DNA of 32,000 nt from Alkalilimnicola ehrlichii MLHE-1 (GCF_000014785.1 NC_008340.1:2820001-2852000), one strand, 5' to 3'; shown: positions 1 through 8,952, counted from the first letter of the stretch. A program made the numbers and translations. The notes: generated by a model from the letters alone, not told the origin.

Positions 1-2
1 AC

Positions 3-1100
3 ACCGACCCGGGGGCCACCGGCCGGCTCTGGTTCCACAACGCCGACGACCGGCCCGGCGACAGCGGCATCCTGGCCAGTGCCGACCAGCTCACCCGGGA
101 GCTGCGGCATACCCAGGTCACGCTGGTCAGCAAGGACGTCAACCTGCGGGTCCGTGCCCTCGCCAGTGGCCTGCGCGCTGAGGATTACCGCAGCGACCGG
201 GTCACCGAGGATCTGGACCTACTCCAAAGCGGCATCGACACCCTCCCGGACGCCGTGTGGACGGCGCGTCGCGAGACGCTGCTGGAGAACGGTCAGGAGG
301 GGGTGCGCATCCCGCTGCCCGAGGGCACCCACTGGTTCCCCGGCCAGTGCCTGCACCACGACGAGAGCGGCTTTGAGGGCATCGTCCGGCAGGCGGAGCC
401 GGGGGCCTGCTGGGTGGAACCGGTGCAGGATTTTCGCGGCGACGGCGGCCCCTGGGGGGTGCGCGCCCGCAACCAGGAACAGAACTTCGCGCTGAATCTG
501 CTGATGGACCCGGAGATCGACTTCGTCAGCCTGCTCGGCCCCGCCGGCACCGGCAAGACGCTGCTGACCCTGGCCGCCGGTCTGGAGCAGACCCTGGAGC
601 TGAAGCGTTTCGTGGAGATTGTCATGACCCGCGCCACCATCGCCCTGGGCGAGGACATCGGTTACCTGCCCGGCTCCGAGGAGGAGAAGATGACACCGTG
701 GATGGGGGCGCTGGCGGATAACCTGGAGGTGCTGGGTCAACCGGAGAGCGGTGGCGACTGGGGGCGCGCGGCCACGGCCGATCTGGTGCAGTCGCGCATC
801 AAGCTGCGCTCGCTGGCCTTCATGCGCGGCCGGACCTTCGTGCGCCGGCTGCTGATCCTGGACGAGGCGCAGAACCTGACCTCGAAGCAGATGAAGGCGC
901 TGATCACCCGGGCCGGGCCGGGCACCAAGGTGGTCTGCATGGGCAACCTGGGGCAGATCGACACTCCCTACCTGACCGAGTCCAGCTCCGGCCTGAGCTG
1001 GGCGGTGCAGCGCCTGCGCGACTGGCCCCACAGCGGGCACATCACCTTGCAACGGGGCGAGCGCTCGCGGCTGGCGGATTTCGCCAACGAAGCGCTGTGA
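3..1100 (+). CDS. PhoH family protein, PIN domain plus PhoH ATPase domain (5' truncated by window edge)
   Basis: Frame is open from base 3 (TDPGATGRLWFHN...), upstream of the listed ATG. Walker A 'LLGPAGTGKTLLTL', 'LILDEAQNLTSKQMKALITRAGPGTKVVCMGNLGQID' typical of PhoH. Stop TGA at 1098-1100. Confidence 0.93.
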   Translation, partial: TDPGATGRLWFHNADDRPGDSGILASADQLTRELRHTQVTLVSKDVNLRVRALASGLRAEDYRSDRVTEDLDLLQSGIDTLPDAVWTARRETLLENGQEGVRIPLPEGTHWFPGQCLHHDESGFEGIVRQAEPGACWVEPVQDFRGDGGPWGVRARNQEQNFALNLLMDPEIDFVSLLGPAGTGKTLLTLAAGLEQTLELKRFVEIVMTRATIALGEDIGYLPGSEEEKMTPWMGALADNLEVLGQPESGGDWGRAATADLVQSRIKLRSLAFMRGRTFVRRLLILDEAQNLTSKQMKALITRAGPGTKVVCMGNLGQIDTPYLTESSSGLSWAVQRLRDWPHSGHITLQRGERSRLADFANEAL

Positions 1101-1143
1101 CGCGTTGACCCAGCATCACCACGGACGGAGGGGCTTCGGATAG

Positions 1144-1185
1144 CGCCGTTGGGTGGGGTCGCGGCCGCGACCCCACCCAACGGCG
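1144..1185. repeat. 42-bp perfect palindrome, CGCCGTTGGGTGGGGTCGCGG/CCGCGACCCCACCCAACGGCG
   Basis: Read directly: two 21-nt arms with no spacer, between the convergent ends of the phoH-like gene (1100) and the transporter gene (1212). Confidence 0.9.
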
Positions 1186-1211
1186 ACACCAGCGAAAGGA
1201 TGGTTGCCTCA

Positions 1212-2291
1212 TCAGGCCTCGCCCTGGGCTTGCTCCCGGTGGCTGGCGGCGGACGGCCAGGCCTTGATGACCGCCTGGATCAGGGTCGCCAGCGGGATGG
1301 CGAAGAACACCCCCCAGAAGCCCCACACCCCACCAAAGACCAGGATGGCCACGATGATGGCCACCGGGTGCAGGTTGACCGCCTCGGAGAACAGCAACGG
1401 GACCAGCACGTTGCCGTCCAGCGCCTGGATAATGAAATAGGCCACCATCAACCAGGCGAACTCCGGGCTGACCCCCCACTGGAAGTAGGCAATGATCGCC
1501 ACCGGCAGGGTCACCACCGCCGCACCCACGTAGGGCACGATCACCGACAGCCCCACCATCACCGCCAGCAGCATGGCGAACTGGAGCCCGAACAACGAAA
1601 AGGTGATGAAGGTGACCGCCCAGACGATGATGATCTCGACGAATTTGCCGCGAACGTAGTTGCCGATCTGCAGGTCCACCTCGCGCCAGACCTCCGAGGC
1701 CAGGCCCCGGTCCCGCGGCAGGTGGTCGCTCAGCCACTGCAGCATCAGCCGCTTGTCCTTCAGGAAGAAGAACACCATGAACGGCACCAGCACCATGTAG
1801 ACCAGCAGGGTGACGATGACCACCACCGACTGGAAGGAGAACGAGGTCACCACCCGCTGGGCCCAGTCGATGAGCTCGCGGCGCAGGCCGTCGATGATCT
1901 CCCGCATCTGGGCCTCGCTGAACAACTGGGGATAGTGCTCCGGCAGTTGCAGCAACAGCGCCTGCCCCCGCGCCAGGATCGCAGGCAACTGCTCAACCAG
2001 CTGCACCAACTGCCGGTAGAGCACTGGGAAGAGGACCAGGAAGAGGGCCAGCAGGAAGGCGGTAAAACTGAGGAACACCACCGTGACCGCAGCGAGTCGC
2101 GGCACCCGCCACCGCTCCAGATAGCGCACGAACCCCTCCAGCAGATAGGCCAACACCAGGCTCGCCAGCACCGGCGCCAGCATATTGCCCATGAAGAGCA
2201 CCACGCCGAAGCCCAGCAGCAGGACCAGGCCCAGCACCACCACCTGGGGGTCGTTGAACGTTCGGGAGAACCAGTCTCTGATCAGTTGCAT
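1212..2291 (-). CDS. AI-2E family transporter / PerM-like permease
   Basis: Hydrophobic multi-TM protein starting MQLIRDWFSRTFNDPQVVVLGLVLLLG; 'GLSVIVPYVGAAVVTLPVAIIAYFQWG' and 'QALDGNVLVPLLFSEAVNLHPVAII' typical of the family. Start set at internal ATG 2291. Confidence 0.9.
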   Translation of the reverse strand: MQLIRDWFSRTFNDPQVVVLGLVLLLGFGVVLFMGNMLAPVLASLVLAYLLEGFVRYLERWRVPRLAAVTVVFLSFTAFLLALFLVLFPVLYRQLVQLVEQLPAILARGQALLLQLPEHYPQLFSEAQMREIIDGLRRELIDWAQRVVTSFSFQSVVVIVTLLVYMVLVPFMVFFFLKDKRLMLQWLSDHLPRDRGLASEVWREVDLQIGNYVRGKFVEIIIVWAVTFITFSLFGLQFAMLLAVMVGLSVIVPYVGAAVVTLPVAIIAYFQWGVSPEFAWLMVAYFIIQALDGNVLVPLLFSEAVNLHPVAIIVAILVFGGVWGFWGVFFAIPLATLIQAVIKAWPSAASHREQAQGEA

Positions 2292-2421
2292 GGGTATCCC
2301 GTGGGATTCGGTCGTCCTGTCCGCCGGCGCCCCGACATCATAGCCACAAATGCCCCCCGGCGGTAACCTGTAGCCAGTGACGGAACCCCTCATCAAGCCC
2401 GGGGGTCTCAACAAGGTGATC

Positions 2422-3879
2422 ATGAACGCCCGCCAAGCCTTTCAGTTGTTCATCGCGGCGCTCGTGGCAGTGGCCATGCTGCTCGCCAGCGTGACCGCCG
2501 CGCGGGCCAGCGAGGAGTTGCGCCTGCCTGATATGGGCAACCCCGCCGCTCAAGTCCTTTCGCCCAGCGACGAGCAGGCGATCGGGGACGAGCTGATGCG
2601 CCAACTCCGGCAACACCTGCCGCTCGCCGATGACCCTGAGATCACCGCCTATATCGATGAGCTGGGCCAACGGCTGGCGGCTCACAGCGACATGCCGGGG
2701 CTGCGCTTCACCTTCTTCGTGGTGGAGGACGACAATATCAACGCCTTCGCCATGCCCGGCGGCTACATTGGCATCAACACCGGCCTGCTGGACGCGGCGC
2801 GCTCGGAGAGCGAACTGGCCGCGGTCATGGCCCACGAGATCGCCCACGTCACCCAACGCCATATCGCCCGGCATTATGCCTCGGCCCAGCGCTTGAATCT
2901 GCAAACAGCCGCCGCCCTGCTGGCCGCGGTACTGATCGGCGCCTACGACCCCCAGGCCGGCAGCGCCGCCGCCATGGCCGGCATTGGCGGCACCCTTCAG
3001 CAGCAACTGAGCTACTCCCGGGGCTTTGAGCGCGAGGCCGATCGCGTGGGTTTGCGTATCCTCGCCCGTTCCGGGCTCGACCCGCAAGGCATGCCCGGCT
3101 TCTTCGAGCGCCTGCTTGAGGCCAGCCGCTACCGCGAGCGCGCCCCCGAATACCTGAGCACCCACCCGCTGACAGAAAACCGCATCACCGAGGCCCGCGC
3201 CCGCGCCGACGCCTACACCGTGGACGCCCCCCTGGAGAGCGGCCGGTTCCACGTCATGCAGGCCCGCCAGCAGGTGCTCGCGCAGGGCGATGCCCGCGAG
3301 GCCGTTCAGCGCTTCCGCGCCCGCGCGGAGCAGACCCGGGGTGCGGAGCAGATCGCCGCCCGTTACGGGCTGGCCCTCGCATTGATCCGCGATCGGCAGT
3401 TCGACGAGGCCGAGGCCCTGCTCTCTAAGCTGGAGGCGGACCTCTCCGGCCAGCCGGCATGGCTGCTGGCGCGCGGCCGCCTGCAGCAGCGCTCCGGCGA
3501 CCCGGCACAGGCGGCGGCCACCTTGCGCAAGGCTCAGGAGCTGTTCCCGGGCAACCGCGCCGCGCCCACCTACCTGGCGGACGCCCTGTTGGATGCCGGG
3601 CAGCCCAATGAGGCCCGGCAGGTGCTCACCCGCGCGGTACGCGACCACCCGAACCACCCGGAACTCAAGCGGCGCCTGGCGGAGGCGGCCAACGAGGCCG
3701 GGCGCCCGGTGGACGCCCACCTGGCCATGGCCCGCTACTACCACCAGCTCGGGGACCTGAACAGTGCCCTGGGGCAGTTGAGAGAGGTGGAGCACCACCC
3801 GCAAGCCGATTACTACCAGGCGTCCCGGGCGGCGGCGCTGAAGCGGGACTGGCAGCAAGAGGCCGCGCAACGGGACTGA
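2422..3879 (+). CDS. bepA: M48 family metalloprotease, BepA/YfgC-like, with C-terminal TPR region
   Basis: Signal-like N terminus, zinc motif 'VMAHEIAHVTQRH' (HExxH), 'GFEREADRVGLRIL', TPR-like C-terminal half. Start chosen at MNARQAFQLF within the listed ORF 2377..3879. Confidence 0.85.
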   Translation: MNARQAFQLFIAALVAVAMLLASVTAARASEELRLPDMGNPAAQVLSPSDEQAIGDELMRQLRQHLPLADDPEITAYIDELGQRLAAHSDMPGLRFTFFVVEDDNINAFAMPGGYIGINTGLLDAARSESELAAVMAHEIAHVTQRHIARHYASAQRLNLQTAAALLAAVLIGAYDPQAGSAAAMAGIGGTLQQQLSYSRGFEREADRVGLRILARSGLDPQGMPGFFERLLEASRYRERAPEYLSTHPLTENRITEARARADAYTVDAPLESGRFHVMQARQQVLAQGDAREAVQRFRARAEQTRGAEQIAARYGLALALIRDRQFDEAEALLSKLEADLSGQPAWLLARGRLQQRSGDPAQAAATLRKAQELFPGNRAAPTYLADALLDAGQPNEARQVLTRAVRDHPNHPELKRRLAEAANEAGRPVDAHLAMARYYHQLGDLNSALGQLREVEHHPQADYYQASRAAALKRDWQQEAAQRD

Positions 3880-3962
3880 TCGCCTCGGACACAAGCCGCC
3901 CCCTTACCCACACTGGTAACGGTGATAGACTGACGCCCCAGCACAGGGGGAAATCGGCCGCA

Positions 3963-4838
3963 GTGTCTGACCAAGGGGAGCAAACCCATAGCGACTGGCG
4001 CGCCTGGGCGGATGCCGCCCGGGAGCAGGTCCGTGCGTTCTGGTCCACCACGGTTGAGCTGTGGTCGGAGCAGCACCTGGGCCCGGCACTGGCAGTCCTC
4101 CAGGCGGCTGAGAGCGAGGGCGAGCGCCCCGACCCTGCGGCCCTGCACGCCGCCCTGGCGCCCCTGCGACAGCAACTCGAGCAGGGCTTCCGTCATCTCC
4201 ACCAGACCCTGGACTGGGGGCAGGGCCTGCGCCAAACCCTGGGCAGCGACACCCAGGACACCCCGCCGCCCGCCTGGCTGCGTCCCTGGCTCGACCTGGT
4301 CGCCGCCCGGCTCGGCCCCTGGGCGGACCATCAGGCCCGTCAACAGGCACTGATAGAGGCCGGGCTTCGCCACCAGATGGCTCTGGAACGCTTCCTGGGG
4401 CAGACCCGCGAGGCCGCCCTTGCTGGAGTGGAGCGATTGGCCGATGAGCTGGCGGCCTCGCCGCCGGCCCCACCCACCCTGCAGGCGGTACGTGATCGCT
4501 ACCTGCAAGCGAGTGAGCAGGCCTGGGAGGAGCGGCTGGGCACCGACGACTATCGCCAGGCCTTCGTCGCCCTCAGCGAGAGCAGCCTGGGCTACACCCG
4601 TGCGCTGCAGCAACACCTGGACCACTGGCTGGGCCTGCTGGATCTGCCCACCCGGCGCGGCCTGCACAGTACCCAGAAGCGGCTGCATGAACTCCGCCAG
4701 AGCCATCGGGCCCTGGCCAAGGAACTGGAACGGGCCGATCTCGACGGCTTGCGGGACGAGGTCCGCGCGCTGCGTGAGGAGGTCCGCCGGCTGCGGGGGA
4801 CCGGCGCTGATGGGCGGACCGGGGAGAGGCCGGCGTGA
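3963..4838 (+). CDS. phaE: Class III poly(R)-hydroxyalkanoate synthase subunit PhaE
   Basis: 'LQAAESEGERPD', 'LGYTRALQQHLDHWLGLLDLPTRRGLHSTQKRLHELRQSHRAL' typical of PhaE; directly upstream of and overlapping phaC. Confidence 0.88.
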   Translation: MSDQGEQTHSDWRAWADAAREQVRAFWSTTVELWSEQHLGPALAVLQAAESEGERPDPAALHAALAPLRQQLEQGFRHLHQTLDWGQGLRQTLGSDTQDTPPPAWLRPWLDLVAARLGPWADHQARQQALIEAGLRHQMALERFLGQTREAALAGVERLADELAASPPAPPTLQAVRDRYLQASEQAWEERLGTDDYRQAFVALSESSLGYTRALQQHLDHWLGLLDLPTRRGLHSTQKRLHELRQSHRALAKELERADLDGLRDEVRALREEVRRLRGTGADGRTGERPA

Positions 4839-5926
4839 CCTCAGGCCTACCCCCGGAACGCGGGGAAGACTCCCTTAACCCGTCAATGGCCGCTCTGCAG
4901 GCGGTCCTGGATGAGTGCGCGGCTCTGCAGCCGGTCACCGTGGGCGAGACCCCGCGCACCGCCATCCACACCCTGCCGCCCGCCACCCTCTACCATTACC
5001 CTCCGCCCGCCGATACCCAAGCCCCGGAACCAGAGGCAAGGCGCCCGCTGCTGGTGCTCTACTCCCTGGTCAACCGCCCCTATCTACTGGACCTCTCTCC
5101 CCAGCGCTCATTGCTCCGGGGTCTGCGCGACAGCGGCCTGCCGGTCTATTTGCTGGACTGGGGTCGGCCGGAGCCGGCCGACCGTTTTCTCGGGCTGGAC
5201 GACTACCTCTGCGACATCCTGCATGAGGCGGTGAAGGAGGTGAGCCGCCGCCATGGCGGTCAGCCGGTGGACCTGCTGGGGGTCTGCCAGGGCGGTACCT
5301 TCTCGCTCTGCTACACGGCCCTGCACCCGGAGCGGATCGGGCGGCTTGCGACCCTGGTCACCCCCGTCGATTTCCACTGCCCCGGGGACACCCTCGGCGC
5401 CCTGGCCCGGGAACTGAACCTGGGGCTGGCGGTGGAGACCCTGGGCAACATCCCCGCCGATCTGCTCAACCTGGTCTTTATCAGCCTCAAACCGGCCGAA
5501 CTATTGTCCCGGCGCTACCTCCAGCAGCTCCCGCAGTTGCGCCACAACCGCGATGCCCTGCAGGACTTCCTGCGCATGGAGCGCTGGATGTACGACAGCC
5601 CGGACCTCAGCGGCAGGGCCTTTCTGGAGTTCGTCCGCGAGTTCTATCAGGACAACGCCCTGGCCCGCGGCACGCTCACCATCGGCGGCCGCGAGGTGGA
5701 CCCGACCCGCATCCGGCAGCCGGTTTTCAACGCCTACGCCACCGCGGATCACCTGGTACCCCCGGCCGCGGCCCGCGCCATGGGCACGCTGCTGAGTAAT
5801 GCCGACTACCGGGAGGAGGCGGTGCCCGGGGGACACCTGGGGGTGATGCTGAGCAAGAAGGCCCGACTGGGCCTGCACCAGCGCCTGCAGGATTGGCTGG
5901 CACAGCCCCTCCCAGCGGCCCCATAG
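4835..5926 (+). CDS. phaC: Class III poly(R)-hydroxyalkanoate synthase subunit PhaC
   Basis: Lipase-like box 'LGVCQGGTFSLC', 'DYLCDILHEAVKEVSRRHGG', catalytic Asp 'ATADHLVPP', His 'VPGGHLGVM'. GTG start overlaps the phaE stop (GTGA); ATG at 4886 is an alternative start. Confidence 0.93.
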   Translation: MTSGLPPERGEDSLNPSMAALQAVLDECAALQPVTVGETPRTAIHTLPPATLYHYPPPADTQAPEPEARRPLLVLYSLVNRPYLLDLSPQRSLLRGLRDSGLPVYLLDWGRPEPADRFLGLDDYLCDILHEAVKEVSRRHGGQPVDLLGVCQGGTFSLCYTALHPERIGRLATLVTPVDFHCPGDTLGALARELNLGLAVETLGNIPADLLNLVFISLKPAELLSRRYLQQLPQLRHNRDALQDFLRMERWMYDSPDLSGRAFLEFVREFYQDNALARGTLTIGGREVDPTRIRQPVFNAYATADHLVPPAAARAMGTLLSNADYREEAVPGGHLGVMLSKKARLGLHQRLQDWLAQPLPAAP

Positions 5927-6097
5927 CCCAGTGGCCCGCTTGGAAAAACCGGCAAGACAGCACGTTATGACGCCTTGCTCATGATGCGGCGCGTCAACGA
6001 AAGTACTTGCCATGACGATTTGCCGCACTACAATGGCTTCCCATCAGCTGGTTGAGACAATATGCCGCAGAGCAGCCAGCCGGACGGTGTAGCAGGC

Positions 6098-6123
6098 AAA
6101 AAAAACCCCCTCGGGAGAGGGGG
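6098..6123 (-). terminator. Rho-independent terminator for leftward (phaB-side) transcription
   Basis: CCCCCTC-GGGA-GAGGGGG hairpin (about 6106..6123) with a poly-A tract immediately to its left on +, i.e. poly-U after the hairpin on the minus strand. Confidence 0.85.
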
Positions 6124-6264
6124 CAAGAGGAAGGCGACGTTTACCTAGGATACGCGCCGCCAGGAGGAGACCGACTAATAACTATAACAAGCAGTCCTTG
6201 CCAAGGCGCTCCATAAAAAGCGCCTGTCATCAGACAGGGCAAACAACAGCGCCACTACCCGCCG

Positions 6265-6292
6265 GGGAGCCGCCACCGCTCCCTATTTTTTT
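6265..6292 (+). terminator. Rho-independent terminator for rightward (phaEC) transcription
   Basis: GGGAGC-CGCCACC-GCTCCC followed by TATTTTTTT on +. Confidence 0.8.
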
Positions 6293-6301
6293 GCCCCTCT
6301 G

Positions 6302-6318
6302 ATGTTGCTGTGCAACAT
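6302..6318. promoter_or_regulatory. Palindrome ATGTTGC-TGT-GCAACAT, candidate PhaR-type operator
   Basis: 7-bp perfect arms with 3-nt spacer; contains TGC-N3-GCA, resembling TGC-rich PhaR targets described for other bacteria. Confidence 0.4.
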
Positions 6319-6418
6319 TCTATGACGGCCGATTCACCTTGTCAACGCCTGGTCAGGTAATTTTACCGAACCGTCACTCAGAGAAGGGCGCGTCCTGGTC
6401 GGCGGCGCCCTGCCCCCC

Positions 6419-7165
6419 TTAGAAACTGCAGAACAGCCCACCATTGACCGGGATGTTGGCGCCGGTGATGTAGCCGGCGTCATCCGCCGCCAGGAACCGC
6501 ACCACCCGGGCGATATCGGCCGGCTGGCCCATACGGCCGGCGGGCACCTGGGCCACGATGGCCTCACGGACATCGTCCGGCATGGCGGCCGTCATCGCGG
6601 TGTCGATGTAGCCCGGCGAGACGGTGTTCACAGTCACCCCCTTGCGGGCGCCCTCCTTCGCCAGGGCCATGGTGAAGCCGTGCATACCCGCCTTCGCGGC
6701 CGAGTAATTGGTCTGACCAAACTGTCCGGTCTGGCCGTTCACCGAGGCGATATTGATGATCCGCCCGAACCCGCGCTCGCGCATGCCGACCACGAACTGC
6801 CGGGTGACATTGAACACGCTGTTCAGGTTGACGTTGAGCACCGCGGCCCAGGCGTCCGCGTCCATCTTGTGGAGAAACGCATCCTTGGTGATCCCGGCCA
6901 CGTTGACCAGCACGTCCACCGGGCCGTGGGACTCCTCGACCTGCCGGGCCATGCGGGCACAGCTTTCGAAGTCCGCGACATCGCACTCCACGTAGGCGGC
7001 ATCGACGCCCTCGGCGTTCAGCTCCGCCTGCCATCCGGCCAGGTTCTCCTTCTCGGCGTCCAGGCAGGTGGTGATAACCCGGTAGCCGGACTGCCCCAAC
7101 TGACGGCAGATCTCGGTGCCGATACCACCGTTGCCACCGGTTACAAGTGCCACGCGTTCTGCCAT
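6419..7165 (-). CDS. phaB: Acetoacetyl-CoA reductase (SDR family)
   Basis: MAERVALVTGGNGGIGTEICRQL (Rossmann), 'NVNLNSVFNVTRQFVVGMRERGFGRIINIASVNGQTGQFGQTNYSAAKAGMHGFTMALA' with YxxxK, 'VNGGLFCSF' C terminus. Start at internal ATG 7165. Confidence 0.93.
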   Translation of the reverse strand: MAERVALVTGGNGGIGTEICRQLGQSGYRVITTCLDAEKENLAGWQAELNAEGVDAAYVECDVADFESCARMARQVEESHGPVDVLVNVAGITKDAFLHKMDADAWAAVLNVNLNSVFNVTRQFVVGMRERGFGRIINIASVNGQTGQFGQTNYSAAKAGMHGFTMALAKEGARKGVTVNTVSPGYIDTAMTAAMPDDVREAIVAQVPAGRMGQPADIARVVRFLAADDAGYITGANIPVNGGLFCSF

Positions 7166-7354
7166 GACGATACCCCTCTTCCAATCAAAAATGGCGACGG
7201 AGCAGATGCCGCTCACGCCCGAAAGCGGTGTGACCAGCAAGGCCGAAGGCCCCGTGTTGCGGTGCACAATCGCTGATTGGAGCTGATAGTAGGGTCAGTT
7301 CACCCCGGTGTCAACGGGTGACGCGTCGTTCAGGTCGGTTTTGTGATCTGTGCC

Positions 7355-7882
7355 TCAGCGCTTGGTGCGGGTGCCGCCCTTGCCCTTTCCGGTGGACTTC
7401 CCGCCGCGTTCCCCGTCGGCGCCCGAGCCCTGCTCATCATCCTCGGCACCCTGGGGCTCGAGGCCGCTCATGGCCTGCCACATGGAGAGGTTACGCTCGG
7501 CGAATTGGGTGAGGACGTTGATGGGGCTGTGGTCCATGAAGGTGCGGGTCCGCTCCTGCAGCATCCGTTGCTGGTCGAACCAGAGCTCCAGGCTTTTCTC
7601 CAGGTAGGTGGTCAACACGTTCTGCATGTTGCCGCCGTAGGCCCGGATCAGCTGGGCGAGCAATTCACTGCTGAAGATGGGCTCACCACCCTCCTCCTCC
7701 TCGGCGATGATCTGCAGCAGGATACTACGGGTAATATCCTGCCGCGTTTTCGCATCAATCACCTGGAAATCCACCGCATCCAACACCAACCCCTTGACGT
7801 CCGCCAGGGTGATGTAGCTGCTGATGGCGGTATCGTAGAGGCGGCGGTTGGGATACTTTTTGATGACGCGGATTTCACTCAT
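7355..7882 (-). CDS. phaR: Polyhydroxyalkanoate synthesis repressor PhaR
   Basis: MSEIRVIKKYPNRRLYDTAISSYITLADVKGLVLD... 'VIDAKTRQDITRSILLQIIAEEEEGG' is the classic PhaR DNA-binding region. Start at ATG 7882. Confidence 0.93.
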   Translation of the reverse strand: MSEIRVIKKYPNRRLYDTAISSYITLADVKGLVLDAVDFQVIDAKTRQDITRSILLQIIAEEEEGGEPIFSSELLAQLIRAYGGNMQNVLTTYLEKSLELWFDQQRMLQERTRTFMDHSPINVLTQFAERNLSMWQAMSGLEPQGAEDDEQGSGADGERGGKSTGKGKGGTRTKR

Positions 7883-7967
7883 GACCATTACGCTCCGGGC
7901 AGGACGCTTCAGGTGTGTACTGGGGTATAATGGTGACCGGGCAGGGCCGGGGTGACACCCCCTGGCT

Positions 7968-8008
7968 TGCGGCGCCGCACCATTCGCTAAAACCACAGTA
8001 TGGTGCGG
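7968..8008. promoter_or_regulatory. Inverted repeats in the phaR / HDOD-gene intergenic region, candidate operator
   Basis: 12-bp palindrome TGCGGCGCCGCA (7968..7979), overlapping CCGCACCAT (7975..7983)...ATGGTGCGG (8000..8008), 9-bp arms. Confidence 0.4.
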
Positions 8009-8081
8009 GGCCAAGCCTGTCAAGCCAGTGCGCCAAAGTGCAGCATTGACCCCCATTCGTAAGCGGCAACGCGAGGTCGGC

Positions 8082-8909
8082 ATGAGCACCTCCGCCCTGG
8101 AAAGCCTACAGGACCACGACACCCTGCCGCCGCTACCCTACGTAGCCCACGAGATCCTGCTGGCCGCCAACCGGGAAGAGCCCGACATCGCCGAGGTCTC
8201 GGACAAGCTGGCCCGCGAGCCGGGGCTGTCCGCGCGGGTGGTGGCCATGGCCAACTCGGCCTTCTTCGCCGGTCAACAACCGCTCTACTCCATCCAGCAT
8301 GCCATCATGCGCCTGGGGCTGGTCCGGGTCCGGGTGCTGGCCGCCTCGGTGCTGCTGAATAAGCTCTTCGACCCGGGCCGCTGCCCGGCCTTCAGCGCGC
8401 CGCGCTACTGGCATGACGCCATCGCCACCAGCTACACGGCCACCCGGCTGGCCCCCCACCTGGCCCCTTCGGACACCGCCGACGCCGCCTACATCTCCGG
8501 CCTGCTCCACAATATCGGCCTGTTGCTGCTGGTGCATTTCTTCCCCGGCCCGATGAACGAGGTGCTCGGCGAGTACGGGAGGCGCCCGGAACAATCCCTG
8601 GTGGCGCTGACCCGGTCGGCGCTGGGCTGCGACCACGGCGAGGCGGGCCGGCTACTGCTCAAGGCCTGGGAGCTGCCGGAACCGGTGGTGGCCGTGGCCT
8701 CGCATTTCCACTCGCCCCATTATCGTGGCGAACACGCCGAGCTGGTGCACCTGGTCCGACATGCCGCGGAATGGCACGAGGCGGGCTTCGAACTGCCGGA
8801 GGCGCACCCCCTCAACCGGGCGTTGCCCGCCGCGGTACGGGCTACGGAGGCGCGCCACTGCCAGCGTGAGACCGAGCGGTTGGCCGCCTTCGCCAGGCTG
8901 CTCGCCTGA
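8082..8909 (+). CDS. HDOD domain-containing protein
   Basis: 'LPPLPYVAHEILLAAN...DIAEVSDKLAREPGLSARVVAMANSAFF', 'SIQHAIMRLGLVRVRVLA', 'YISGLLHNIGLLLL'. Start at MSTSALESLQ, 8082. Confidence 0.88.
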   Translation: MSTSALESLQDHDTLPPLPYVAHEILLAANREEPDIAEVSDKLAREPGLSARVVAMANSAFFAGQQPLYSIQHAIMRLGLVRVRVLAASVLLNKLFDPGRCPAFSAPRYWHDAIATSYTATRLAPHLAPSDTADAAYISGLLHNIGLLLLVHFFPGPMNEVLGEYGRRPEQSLVALTRSALGCDHGEAGRLLLKAWELPEPVVAVASHFHSPHYRGEHAELVHLVRHAAEWHEAGFELPEAHPLNRALPAAVRATEARHCQRETERLAAFARLLA

Positions 8910-8952
8910 ACCGCCCGGGCACAAGCCACCGCCGCCGCCCGGGATTTCGGCC

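Noticed and set aside
2338-3894. 518-aa minus-strand ORF opposite the BepA-like protease
   Set aside because: Low-complexity shadow ORF in GC-rich DNA; the + strand has HExxH and coherent M48 features.
7926-7931. TATAAT upstream of the HDOD gene
   Set aside because: No matching -35 at standard spacing and the start codon is about 150 bp away; insufficient to call a promoter.
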